This document shows, piece after piece, positions 10,039-19,151 of a DNA stretch of 64,000 nt; positions within the stretch are counted from its first letter, which is position 1; each line of letters begins with the position of its first letter. Source of the stretch: an uncultured Alphaproteobacteria bacterium (lineage in GTDB: Bacteria; Pseudomonadota; Alphaproteobacteria; HIMB59). The notes under the pieces were generated by a model. It did no database searches, was not told where the DNA came from, and saw only the letters and a program-made list of their open reading frames with translations. The position numbers and the translations under genes are program-made. The stretch lies in assembly GCA_902521155.1 (NCBI GenBank), contig CABYQR010000003.1, forward strand, positions 602 through 64,601, written 5' to 3'.

Positions 10039-10341
10039 ATGTTTATTGCAATGAATAGATTTAAAGTGAAATTAGGTGAAGAGTCTTATTTTGAAGATAT
10101 TTGGAAGAATAGAGATACTCACCTAAATGAAGTTCCTGGTTTTAAAAAATTTAACTTGATAAAAAGTGAGTCTAGTGAACAGTTTACATTGTACGCTTCG
10201 CACAGCGAATGGTCATCAAAACAAGATTTTATTAATTGGACAAAATCTGAAGCTTTTAGAATGGCTCATAAAAATGCAGGTGGACATAAAAGTGTTTACC
10301 TAGACCATCCACAATTTGAAGGATTTGAAGTAGTATTATAA
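10039..10341 (+). CDS. Antibiotic biosynthesis monooxygenase family protein (IsdG/HmoA-like)
   Basis: MFIAMNRFKV, VPGF, WTKSEAFRMAH; AGGAG ribosome-binding site upstream. Confidence 0.9.
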   Translation: MFIAMNRFKVKLGEESYFEDIWKNRDTHLNEVPGFKKFNLIKSESSEQFTLYASHSEWSSKQDFINWTKSEAFRMAHKNAGGHKSVYLDHPQFEGFEVVL

Positions 10342-10348
10342 ATTTTAA

Positions 10349-10708
10349 TTAGAAGGAGTAAGTTAACTCTCCGCCAATACTAAGACCTTTACCATACTGT
10401 TCTATAATTTTTCCAAATTCGAGAAAATAATCATTTTTTTGTGCATGATCTTCATGTCTCATTACACTTTCCATTGAAGAAAATTGTTCGTTAATTGTAA
10501 AAATCATACCTCCGGTTTCGCCAGAACTGGGATCTAGTGAATTATTGTACTCTGGAGCTTTTGTAAAATATCCATGCAATAGGTGTTCTTTATCATCACC
10601 ATAGAAGCTTTTCATCCAGTCCCCATGCTTGTTAAAGATTTTTTCTACTTCTTCTACTTTTTCTTTAGGTGCAATTACAGTTAAGTTTATGCATTTAATG
10701 TCACTCAT
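10349..10708 (-). CDS. Hypothetical protein, possibly dimeric alpha+beta barrel
   Basis: 119 aa with GGAG RBS; INEQFSSMESVMRH resembles the ABM-type E...H pattern. Confidence 0.65.
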   Translation of the reverse strand: MSDIKCINLTVIAPKEKVEEVEKIFNKHGDWMKSFYGDDKEHLLHGYFTKAPEYNNSLDPSSGETGGMIFTINEQFSSMESVMRHEDHAQKNDYFLEFGKIIEQYGKGLSIGGELTYSF

Positions 10709-10789
10709 ACGAATTCTCCATAAATTTTTATAATTATTAAATTATATTTATAAAATTATCTATTTAAGAAAAAAGAAATTTATTAGCTT

Positions 10790-10879
10790 TGGCGGAGAGA
10801 CTGGGATTCGAACCCAGGAAGGGCTTGCACCCTTGTCAGTTTTCAAGACTGATGCGTTCAACCGCTCTGCCATCTCTCC
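10790..10879 (-). tRNA. tRNA-Ser(UGA)
   Basis: Reverse complement folds as a cloverleaf: GGAGAGA acceptor stem, TCAGT-CTTGAAA-ACTGA anticodon arm, long variable arm, GGTTCGAATCC T-loop, encoded CCA. Confidence 0.97.
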
Positions 10880-10951
10880 GAAACTAAATCAGCTTCTAAA
10901 ATGTATATATTACAATGTTTTTAATTCAAATATAAATTTAACCATTATCTC

Positions 10952-10984
10952 TTGACCACAATTTGTCCACAATCTGACCACAAA
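10952..10984. repeat. Three tandem imperfect 11-bp direct repeats
   Basis: TTGACCACAAT / TTGTCCACAAT / CTGACCACAAA, located between tRNA-Ser and the VTC gene. Confidence 0.8.
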
Positions 10985-11033
10985 TCAGAATGAATAAACA
11001 TTATTTATTCAATATAAATAAGGTTTATTTAAT

Positions 11034-11735
11034 TTAAATTCTTAATTTATCTATTCCAAAAACATACTTTGAACTTTTAGTTATCCTGAATGGAAAATGG
11101 TTAGAAATATTAGATGCATCTTTGTCCATAATTTTATCATATTTAATTTCAAAAATTCTTCTATTTGATGATTTTAAGATATTATTAAAATTATTATTGT
11201 AATTTTTAATTAATAAAAATTGAAGACCATAATCATATGTTATTCTAAATTTCTTGTTATTTGAAATATAATATTTTCTATTATATCCATTCATTAAAGA
11301 CATTCGAAGTTTCAAAAGATATTTTTTAATAAGAGGTGATATTTTTAACCCGTTAAACTCTTCATAAATTTTTTCAATATTCAAGTTATAATCAATAGTT
11401 ATATTATTTAATTTAATAAAAAACTTTTTTCCAAGATTATTATTTTTAATTTTGAATTCTAATATAGGGTTCTTAATGAGACCATATGTATTTCCATACC
11501 ATCTTATTCTAACTTTTATTCTTTTTGATAAACCATTAACATTATCCCAATAAAAGTCTAAAGCTGGGGTATCAAAATAAATATTATTAATAAATCTATC
11601 AGAATATGATTTCTGAAAAATAAGAGGATGTTTTTTTAAACAAAAATAAAATTTATTTTCATTTAAAGATGAAATTACATATTTCTTTTCATATCTCTGA
11701 TCATTAACTGAAAAAAAATTTAAAATGTTATTCAT
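11034..11735 (-). CDS. VTC (polyphosphate polymerase) domain protein, CYTH/TTM superfamily
   Basis: RYEKKY, NIYFDTP, RIKVRIRWYG, LEFKIK, YNRKYY, FRITYD, FEIKY and SKY motifs. Confidence 0.88.
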   Translation of the reverse strand: MNNILNFFSVNDQRYEKKYVISSLNENKFYFCLKKHPLIFQKSYSDRFINNIYFDTPALDFYWDNVNGLSKRIKVRIRWYGNTYGLIKNPILEFKIKNNNLGKKFFIKLNNITIDYNLNIEKIYEEFNGLKISPLIKKYLLKLRMSLMNGYNRKYYISNNKKFRITYDYGLQFLLIKNYNNNFNNILKSSNRRIFEIKYDKIMDKDASNISNHFPFRITKSSKYVFGIDKLRI

Positions 11736-11785
11736 CTTATATTATGCTGTAATAGATTATTATTATAAATAAAATTTTTGTAACT

Positions 11786-14407
11786 TTACTTTATAATTTT
11801 TGAGTTTATAGATAAAAAAGAGTTGTCCTCTACTTTATATGGTATAGCTACATCTTTAATATCTAGCCCATTAATTATAACTGAGGCAGGTCCAAACTCT
11901 GGTTTTTTTTTAAACACATATACTCCTATATTAGTTGAATTTATTGTTAAATCACTCACTACTGTTTCAGAAAAATCTTTATTTGCTATGCCTATATTAC
12001 TACCTGTTATTAATGTGTCATTAATGTCAACAAAACTTTTTTCACCTATACTAATACCTTTATCAGAGGCTTTATTAATATAAATCTTATCTAGACTTAC
12101 TATACTTCCTGATAAATCAATACAATCACCATTATTATTATCAAAACCGCAATTTAGAAATTTAGAGTTTTTAATATTTCCGTTACTAAAATCTATATCA
12201 ATAGCATCTGAGTAAGAGTTTAAAATTGAGGAGTCATTAATAGAAAAATTTGACCTTATTATATTTATATAATCGTCTCCATTTGCATTTGTGTTAAAAT
12301 GAGTCTCATGCATATGTACAGGAGATTTATAGAAGTTGATAGAACCTGATAGTTCAAATCCAGACTTAATAGGATTAGATAAATTTTTAAACTTTACATA
12401 CTTTATAAGAGATGCTTTTTTTGCATTAATTAGTGTTATCCCTTGTCCAGAATTATCTGAGCTAAAAATTTTTATGTAATTTTCTTTTGAACCAACAATT
12501 GATAATGGCGAATATGACAAAATCATTGCAGAATTAATTAAATCTAAATTCACACCTTCTGGTATTATTAATTTATGATTTGGTGGAACTATTATATCTT
12601 CAGAGATTTTCCAATCTCCTTTTTTAAACTTAATTTCATTATTTATTTTATCCAAATCTAGAAAAGAAAAATTACTTACATTAAAATCTTTTCTAATAAA
12701 ATCTAATTTTTTTTCTTTACTATCAAAAGATTTGTAAGGGAAAATCTCTGTTGAAAATAATTTTTTAGTTCCGACAATACGATAAGTAATTTTTAATTTA
12801 GATAAATCTTCAATTAAAAAATTATTATTAGTTGCAAATTCAAATAAATGTGAAGAATGGACTACTGGTTCCATATATTTCCTATTATTTATAATTATTG
12901 GCTCTTGTTTTATTAAAGGATTATAAATTTTAGAATCCTTATCACTGATGAAAAGTACTTCCATAGGGATGGAATGATTATTTGCAATTGATAATTCAAT
13001 AATTCCTTTTTTATCCAAATTTTTAATATGAGCTTGAATACCTTTATGATAATTAAATTTGTCACGTAATCTTGACGCATTGCTGTATATGTTACTCTTG
13101 CTTTCTAATAGAAAATTATATAACGGATAGTCTTTAGCTAATATATTGGACAATTCTATTATTTCATTATTAAACTCCAAAAATAGATTATCTAAATATG
13201 TATCATCAGAAATTCTAACTAACTGTTTCATATATTCTTCTACAAAAGTGTGATCAGAAAATATATTTCTCAAAAATATACTATTATTATAAAGATCGTT
13301 TAGACGAAATAATCTAAAATCAGCAACATAATTTAAGGATTTTTCATTAAAATCATCATCAGGCACCGGTTCAAATTTTGACGTTATAGGATTATAATAA
13401 AATCGCATATTATTAAAACTAAAGCCATGCCAAGCTCCCATTACATCAGAAATAGCAGTCCACTTAGCTAGGAGTTTGATATCAAATACTTCACTTGTTC
13501 TAATTTGTCCTAACCTAAATTTTTCCATTAGGTTTTTAGCAGAAAAAAATTGCTCTCTAGAAAGATCATCTTTTAAAATATTGTCTAAATCAAAAGCAGT
13601 CAGATCCATGGAAAGATAGTAATTATCATAATCAATTAGATGAACTTTATCCGCAAAGAGAGGAATAGTATCTACTTTCATAACAGGTCCTTCTTTTCGA
13701 TGATTTCTTTCTAGCATTATTTTGTCGTATCTTTCATCAATCACATAAATCCCTTTATCTTCTCCATTCAAGATAAGTTTTATGAAATTATATTTTCTAG
13801 TTATTAAACCCTCTTTTTCATAAGCTTTTCTTATGAACCATTGTCCTAGAAAATTTCTTCTAGTTGGGTCCATTACTGAAAATTCTCGCATTCCAAATAT
13901 TGTTTCATCTTTTTTAAGTTTTAATCTAAAAGACCACTTTTCATCAGCTAAATGTTGATCTGCAATAGCACCCTTTAATCTAATTTTTGCATTATGTAAT
14001 TTTTCACTATTATGAACAGTAGCTTTTATCCATTCATTTTCGACTCCTCTGGTAGTTCCCGCAATTATTGAATTTTCTCTATTAAACATTAATTTCAAAT
14101 GATTTTCATATTTCAAATCAATCTTTAAAATTTCTGGATTGCTGAAGTATGAAAAGAATTTTCTCTTTAATATTCCTGGTGTATCTAAAATTATTGGTTT
14201 AGCTATCATATTTGAAAAACCAAAGTTTCTTTGAGCAATTATGCCTGCTGTGAAAGCACATAAAATTAAAAAAACTAATAATAGACTTAATAAGAACTTC
14301 CTATCTAGTATTTTAATTATTCTATTAAAATTGCTTTTATTAATTTTTGTTGAAGCTAAAGAAAAAGGAGAGACCCTAGATTTTTTTTCAACCCATTTAA
14401 ACTTCAT
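11786..14407 (-). CDS. Membrane-anchored CotH-family kinase with C-terminal right-handed beta-helix
   Basis: TM helix at about aa 38-58; KIRLKG...KWSFRLKL, NGEDKGIYVIDE, NNMRFYYNP...FEPVPDD; C-terminal repeats GDDYINI, SDAIDIDFS, GDCIDLSGS, DKGISIGE. Confidence 0.85.
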   Translation of the reverse strand: MKFKWVEKKSRVSPFSLASTKINKSNFNRIIKILDRKFLLSLLLVFLILCAFTAGIIAQRNFGFSNMIAKPIILDTPGILKRKFFSYFSNPEILKIDLKYENHLKLMFNRENSIIAGTTRGVENEWIKATVHNSEKLHNAKIRLKGAIADQHLADEKWSFRLKLKKDETIFGMREFSVMDPTRRNFLGQWFIRKAYEKEGLITRKYNFIKLILNGEDKGIYVIDERYDKIMLERNHRKEGPVMKVDTIPLFADKVHLIDYDNYYLSMDLTAFDLDNILKDDLSREQFFSAKNLMEKFRLGQIRTSEVFDIKLLAKWTAISDVMGAWHGFSFNNMRFYYNPITSKFEPVPDDDFNEKSLNYVADFRLFRLNDLYNNSIFLRNIFSDHTFVEEYMKQLVRISDDTYLDNLFLEFNNEIIELSNILAKDYPLYNFLLESKSNIYSNASRLRDKFNYHKGIQAHIKNLDKKGIIELSIANNHSIPMEVLFISDKDSKIYNPLIKQEPIIINNRKYMEPVVHSSHLFEFATNNNFLIEDLSKLKITYRIVGTKKLFSTEIFPYKSFDSKEKKLDFIRKDFNVSNFSFLDLDKINNEIKFKKGDWKISEDIIVPPNHKLIIPEGVNLDLINSAMILSYSPLSIVGSKENYIKIFSSDNSGQGITLINAKKASLIKYVKFKNLSNPIKSGFELSGSINFYKSPVHMHETHFNTNANGDDYINIIRSNFSINDSSILNSYSDAIDIDFSNGNIKNSKFLNCGFDNNNGDCIDLSGSIVSLDKIYINKASDKGISIGEKSFVDINDTLITGSNIGIANKDFSETVVSDLTINSTNIGVYVFKKKPEFGPASVIINGLDIKDVAIPYKVEDNSFLSINSKIIK

Positions 14408-15089
14408 TCAAATCTTGATAATCCATAAGATTTATAGAAATATTATTGCCCATCTTTTTAATTTTATCAGTAAAAAAGCTAATATCGTTTGGATTTTTAA
14501 TATCTATTATAAATGAAATTTCAACAACATCTTCGCTTGAGTCATATCTTTGAAGGTCTATTCCATCACAATATTCTTGTAATATTTGAGTGACATTGTT
14601 TAATTCAATTTTATCCTTCCTTGAATTAATAACCAAAAGCATCCCTCTACCGCTCTTAATAGTAGTTTTTTTTCCTTTATAGGTAATGAATATAACCAAG
14701 GCAATCATGATAAAAGCAATTAATGTTATTAGTCTTTGACCTGCGCCTAAGCCAAGCCCAATTGCTATAGTTAAAAATAAATAAACTAGTTCTTCAGGTT
14801 CTTTAATTGGAGCTCTAAATCTTACAATTGACAAGGCCCCGACAAGGCCAAGGGATAGAGCGAGTGAAGACTTAACTACAGTAATAATTAACATTGTTGT
14901 CATTCCTAGTAAAACAAAGTTATTTGAAAAATATTTTTTATTAGAGTTTGTGTTAGCAAAAGAAATAAACATAAACTTTAAAATGTAAGTAAGAATAGCA
15001 GTTAGTATTAAATTGGTTGCAAATTGAATTAAATCGACTTCTATGCTTTGTGAAGATAAAAACTGCTGAAAAGAATTAGATTTATCCAT
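14397..15089 (-). CDS. DUF4956 family membrane protein
   Basis: SSLALSLGLVGALSIVRFRAPIKEPEELVYLF signature, several TM helices and a soluble C-terminal domain. Confidence 0.9.
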   Translation of the reverse strand: MDKSNSFQQFLSSQSIEVDLIQFATNLILTAILTYILKFMFISFANTNSNKKYFSNNFVLLGMTTMLIITVVKSSLALSLGLVGALSIVRFRAPIKEPEELVYLFLTIAIGLGLGAGQRLITLIAFIMIALVIFITYKGKKTTIKSGRGMLLVINSRKDKIELNNVTQILQEYCDGIDLQRYDSSEDVVEISFIIDIKNPNDISFFTDKIKKMGNNISINLMDYQDLNEV

Positions 15090-15120
15090 AATAAATTTAC
15101 TAACTTAAATAATATATTTT

Positions 15121-15504
15121 CTAACTTTGTAAGCCATTTATGCGTTTAACACTATATACAGCACCAAGCATGAATGTAATTATACTGCTAGGAAATAGAA
15201 TATAACCTATAGTGTAAGTGTCAGGATAATACTGCATACCGAAGTAGAGAACAAATGCATTTAAAAGACATAAAAGCAAAAAAGTATAATTAGTGCCAAT
15301 TTTATCAAAAAACTCAGCTAGAGGCTTTAAAGTTACTATAGCTGCAGCAAATATAAAAATAATAGCAGGTATTATATTCATCATTATACCTGCTGACTCT
15401 AAATATGTGTAATCCGCAAGAGACTCCCAGGGTAAAACCATTGAAAGTGTCATAAAAAGAATAGAAACATAAACAAATCTTTTCCCTATAGATGTCAAAA
15501 CCAT
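15121..15504 (-). CDS. Hypothetical 4-TM membrane protein
   Basis: Hydrophobic 127-aa ORF, 31 bp upstream of DUF4956 on the same strand. Confidence 0.6.
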   Translation of the reverse strand: MVLTSIGKRFVYVSILFMTLSMVLPWESLADYTYLESAGIMMNIIPAIIFIFAAAIVTLKPLAEFFDKIGTNYTFLLLCLLNAFVLYFGMQYYPDTYTIGYILFPSSIITFMLGAVYSVKRINGLQS

Positions 15505-15612
15505 TGAAGTAATATAACTAATTAATGTAATAATTCCATATTAAGTTCTTATGTTTGAGGATCTACTTGAAAGTATTTATTGCAAGATTTTATGTATAAT
15601 TAGAGTCATATA

Positions 15613-16671
15613 ATGGAATCAAGATTATTTAAATTATTAACTACAATTGCTCTTTTTTTATCGTTCAACCTATATGCCCATCACTCTAGTAATTGCGATG
15701 CCTTAAAAGACTATGATTTTTCAAAATTTGAAGAATGGAAAGGGGAGGTAATATCTAAATCCCCTGAATACAATCTAGATAGTAACTTTGTATCTAATTT
15801 AATTGAACCATACTCGGTCAATAAGAGCGTAATTGGTAACGATAAATGTCAGCCTGAATTTACACTTACATTTTCAGAATATTTAGAAAAGAGAATATCT
15901 GATTTAAGAATTGAAAATGGATTAAATAAAAAGAATAAATACAATTATTTATTAAAGAAAATTGAGAATAAATATAATGTACAATCCAGGTTTATTCTTT
16001 CTATATGGGGTCTTGAAACAGCTTATGGCGAAATCACAGGTAATTATCCTGTGATAGAGAGTCTACTTACAATGTCTTATGATGAAAGAAGGAGGCGATA
16101 TTTCACTAAAGAATTGTTTAATTCTTTTAGAATCATCAAAGAAGGTCATATAGATATTGATAATTTTAAAGGTTCATGGGCAGGAGCAATGGGGCAAAAT
16201 CAATTTATGCCTTCTAGTTTCCTCAATTACGCTCAAGATTTTAATAATGACGGTAAGAAAAATATCTGGACAGACATTGAAGACTCCTTGGCATCTATAG
16301 CTAGATACCTAAATGGAGTTGGTTCTAATAAATGGGATTCCAATTTCACCTGGGGAAGGGAAGTCATACCACCACAAAATATTAAATCAATTGAACCTGA
16401 ACTTTTCATAAAAAGAGAAAAAGGATGTCTTGCAATCAAGAAACTCTCAAAAAGAATACCTTTAAAAGAATTTAGATCGTATGGTTTCAAAAAAATGGAT
16501 GGAAGTAACCTATCTAATTTAGACCTAGATAGTTACTTATTAAGAATGGGGAGAAAAGATGGCGATTATAGGTATTTCATTGTTTATAGAAACTATTTAA
16601 ACATTTTATCTTATAATTGTTCTAATTATTATGGTCTCTCAGTTGGTTTATTAAGTGATCAATTTAAGTAA
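15613..16671 (+). CDS. mltB: Lytic murein transglycosylase (MltB/SLT_2 family)
   Basis: SIWGLETAYG, GSWAGAMGQNQFMPSS, DFNNDGK, YNCSNYY. Confidence 0.9.
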   Translation: MESRLFKLLTTIALFLSFNLYAHHSSNCDALKDYDFSKFEEWKGEVISKSPEYNLDSNFVSNLIEPYSVNKSVIGNDKCQPEFTLTFSEYLEKRISDLRIENGLNKKNKYNYLLKKIENKYNVQSRFILSIWGLETAYGEITGNYPVIESLLTMSYDERRRRYFTKELFNSFRIIKEGHIDIDNFKGSWAGAMGQNQFMPSSFLNYAQDFNNDGKKNIWTDIEDSLASIARYLNGVGSNKWDSNFTWGREVIPPQNIKSIEPELFIKREKGCLAIKKLSKRIPLKEFRSYGFKKMDGSNLSNLDLDSYLLRMGRKDGDYRYFIVYRNYLNILSYNCSNYYGLSVGLLSDQFK

Positions 16672-17428
16672 TTTAAATAAATTACTAATTTTACTGATTT
16701 TATCTTCATGTACAGTAACTACTAGCGATGTAAAGAAAGATAAAAAAAAAATCTTATCTACCAAAGATGAAAGTTACTTTCAAAAATCTAATATTGATAT
16801 TTCTCCCCTTGAGGACTACGAAACTGAGCTATTTGTATCTGAAAAATTTTATGTTGATGAAAATATTAAAGGAAATCAGGTATCACATATATCACTTCCT
16901 TTTCCAAGTGTGGTAAAAATATCAGATCCAGATAATCTCAAAAATTATTTAATAGCAAGAAACGTTAAATCTAATAATAACTCGAGATTTTCAATTAGTT
17001 CAGAAATATTTGATAAATTACAAGCAAAAACAAATATTTATATTGAATATCTTAAAGAAGAGTCAATTATTTTAAGAAAAGTAGAAGACTCCAAAGAAGA
17101 GAGTAAAATTAAAATGGACTCGACTATTATATCCGCTGAAACTCTTGACGATGACCAATCAGGAATTAGTTCTAAATTAGATTATAGTAAAATAAAGAAT
17201 TTAGAGGCCAAAATAGATAAATATAGAAATTTGTTATTAATAGATAAGTTTAATGACCTAAATAGCGCTAAGCTCCAAACAAATAAGATCAAAAACTTAG
17301 GCTTAATTATTGAAGAAATTGAAAATAAAATTTTTGTTTTTGCTGGCCCATTTAATGACAATAATATAAATCTTAAATTAGATTTTCTTATAAAAAATGG
17401 ATACATAAATGCAAAAATTTACCCTTAA
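16655..17428 (+). CDS. Degenerate RlpA-like lipoprotein with C-terminal SPOR-like domain
   Basis: Lipobox LSSC; SHISLPFPSVVKIS resembles RlpA AHxTLPLPSxVRV; VFAGPF SPOR motif; syntenic between mltB and dacA. Confidence 0.65.
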   Translation: MINLSNLNKLLILLILSSCTVTTSDVKKDKKKILSTKDESYFQKSNIDISPLEDYETELFVSEKFYVDENIKGNQVSHISLPFPSVVKISDPDNLKNYLIARNVKSNNNSRFSISSEIFDKLQAKTNIYIEYLKEESIILRKVEDSKEESKIKMDSTIISAETLDDDQSGISSKLDYSKIKNLEAKIDKYRNLLLIDKFNDLNSAKLQTNKIKNLGLIIEEIENKIFVFAGPFNDNNINLKLDFLIKNGYINAKIYP

Positions 17429-18536
17429 ATTATTAATTTTAGCCTTTTTCCTTACTATACCTAAAAGTCTCTTCAGTATCGAGAGTTTGGCTAAAACAGC
17501 TTTAATTATGGACTTATCAACAGGTGAGGTTCTTTTAGAAAAAAATTCTGATGAAAGAACATATCCTTCAAGCATGACAAAAATAATGACTGCTTTGGTT
17601 GCCTTTGAAAAAATTAAAAACGGTACACTTGCTATAGATCAGGAGTTTTTAATAAGTAAAAAAGCTTGGAAAATGGGTGGATCCAAGATGTTCATCGAAG
17701 TAGACAAGAAAGTTAAGTTGTCAGATCTTCTATTAGGTATTGTCGTCCAAAGTGGAAATGATGCATCTATTGCAGTTGCTGAGGGTATTTCAGGCACAGA
17801 AGAGACATTTGCTATAGAAATGAATAATTTAGGTAAAAAAATTGGTTTAACAGGTACTAATTTTGTTAATAGCAGTGGTTGGCCTAATGATGATCATTAC
17901 ACTTCAGCAAAAGATTTAGCTTTAGTTGCCAAATACACTATTGAAAATCACCCAGAACTCTACCAAATGTATAGCCTGACTGAATTCACATATAACGGTA
18001 TTAAACAAGATAATAGAAATCCTCTTTTATTGACGTTTGAAGGGGCAGATGGTTTTAAAACTGGATATACTCAAGCTGCTGGATACGGTTTAGTTGGATC
18101 TGCTGAAAGAGGGGATAGAAGGCTAATAATTGTTCTTAATGGCCTAGAATCATCAAGATCTAGGGCTCAAGAGTCTTTAAGATTAATGGATTGGGGATTC
18201 AATAACTTTGAATTAGTTGATTTCTATAAAAAAAATGAATTTGTTTTTGAAGCAGATACCTGGCTAGGAAAAGATGAAAAAGTAAATTTAGTTAGTGTTG
18301 AAGATATCAATGTTAGCATACCAAAAGGTCAACTTTCTTCAACTTCTGTAGATGTTCTCGTAGAGGAGCCAATTGAAACACCTATTCAAAAAGGAGATCT
18401 ACTAGCTACACTCCAAGTATCTTACGGTGATAAAAAAATAGAATTTCCTTTAGTTGCTGGAGAAGATATCGAGCAAAAGGGTTTCTTTTCAAGAATAACT
18501 TCAGCTCTTTACTATATTATTTTAGGATCTAATTAA
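17409..18536 (+). CDS. dacA: D-alanyl-D-alanine carboxypeptidase (PBP5/6 family)
   Basis: SMTK, SGN and KTG motifs. Confidence 0.93.
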   Translation: MQKFTLKLLILAFFLTIPKSLFSIESLAKTALIMDLSTGEVLLEKNSDERTYPSSMTKIMTALVAFEKIKNGTLAIDQEFLISKKAWKMGGSKMFIEVDKKVKLSDLLLGIVVQSGNDASIAVAEGISGTEETFAIEMNNLGKKIGLTGTNFVNSSGWPNDDHYTSAKDLALVAKYTIENHPELYQMYSLTEFTYNGIKQDNRNPLLLTFEGADGFKTGYTQAAGYGLVGSAERGDRRLIIVLNGLESSRSRAQESLRLMDWGFNNFELVDFYKKNEFVFEADTWLGKDEKVNLVSVEDINVSIPKGQLSSTSVDVLVEEPIETPIQKGDLLATLQVSYGDKKIEFPLVAGEDIEQKGFFSRITSALYYIILGSN

Positions 18537-18551
18537 TAGAGTTCTTATAGT

Positions 18552-19151
18552 ATGCATGTAATCAGCTTTGAAGGTTTTGAATATTCAGGGAAATCAACAC
18601 AAATAGCTTTATTAAAAAAATTTTTTATTAAAAAAAAAATAGTATCAACTTTTACTAGAGAGCCAGGTGGAAATAAAGATTTAGAAAAAATACGAAAGAT
18701 AATACTTCAATCAGACTTTGATAATCTAAGTTTAATATTATTTTTCTTTGCATCTAGATTTTCTTTATTATCTAGTTTTAAATCTAATGGTATTGTGGTG
18801 TTTGATCGTTTTTTTGATTCTACGTATGCTTACCAAAATTTTACAACTCGAGATAAGCAATTAATTTTAAATTTAATTAAACAAATTCATAAAAAATATA
18901 TACCAAGGCTGACATTCTATTTCAAAATGAATAGGAAAACACTTTTGGAAAGAAAAAATAAAAGAGGTGCCTTAAATAAATTTGATAAAAAATATTTAGG
19001 AGATTTTGCTAGAATTCAAAAAAACTATAATGACCTATCAAAAGTAAAGATAGGTAAGAGGATTTTTATTACAATTGATGCATCCCAATCAAAAGAATTA
19101 ATTCATGAGGAAATTATTAGAAATTTGAAAAAATGGAAATTAATCAAGTAA
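18552..19151 (+). CDS. tmk: Thymidylate kinase
   Basis: SFEGFEYSGKSTQ, TREPGG, DRFFDSTYAYQ. Confidence 0.92.
   Translation: MHVISFEGFEYSGKSTQIALLKKFFIKKKIVSTFTREPGGNKDLEKIRKIILQSDFDNLSLILFFFASRFSLLSSFKSNGIVVFDRFFDSTYAYQNFTTRDKQLILNLIKQIHKKYIPRLTFYFKMNRKTLLERKNKRGALNKFDKKYLGDFARIQKNYNDLSKVKIGKRIFITIDASQSKELIHEEIIRNLKKWKLIK

Noticed and set aside
15505-15612. att duplication of tRNA-Ser at the far end of the VTC/CotH block
   Set aside because: No tRNA fragment was found, so the block is not called a bona fide integrative element.
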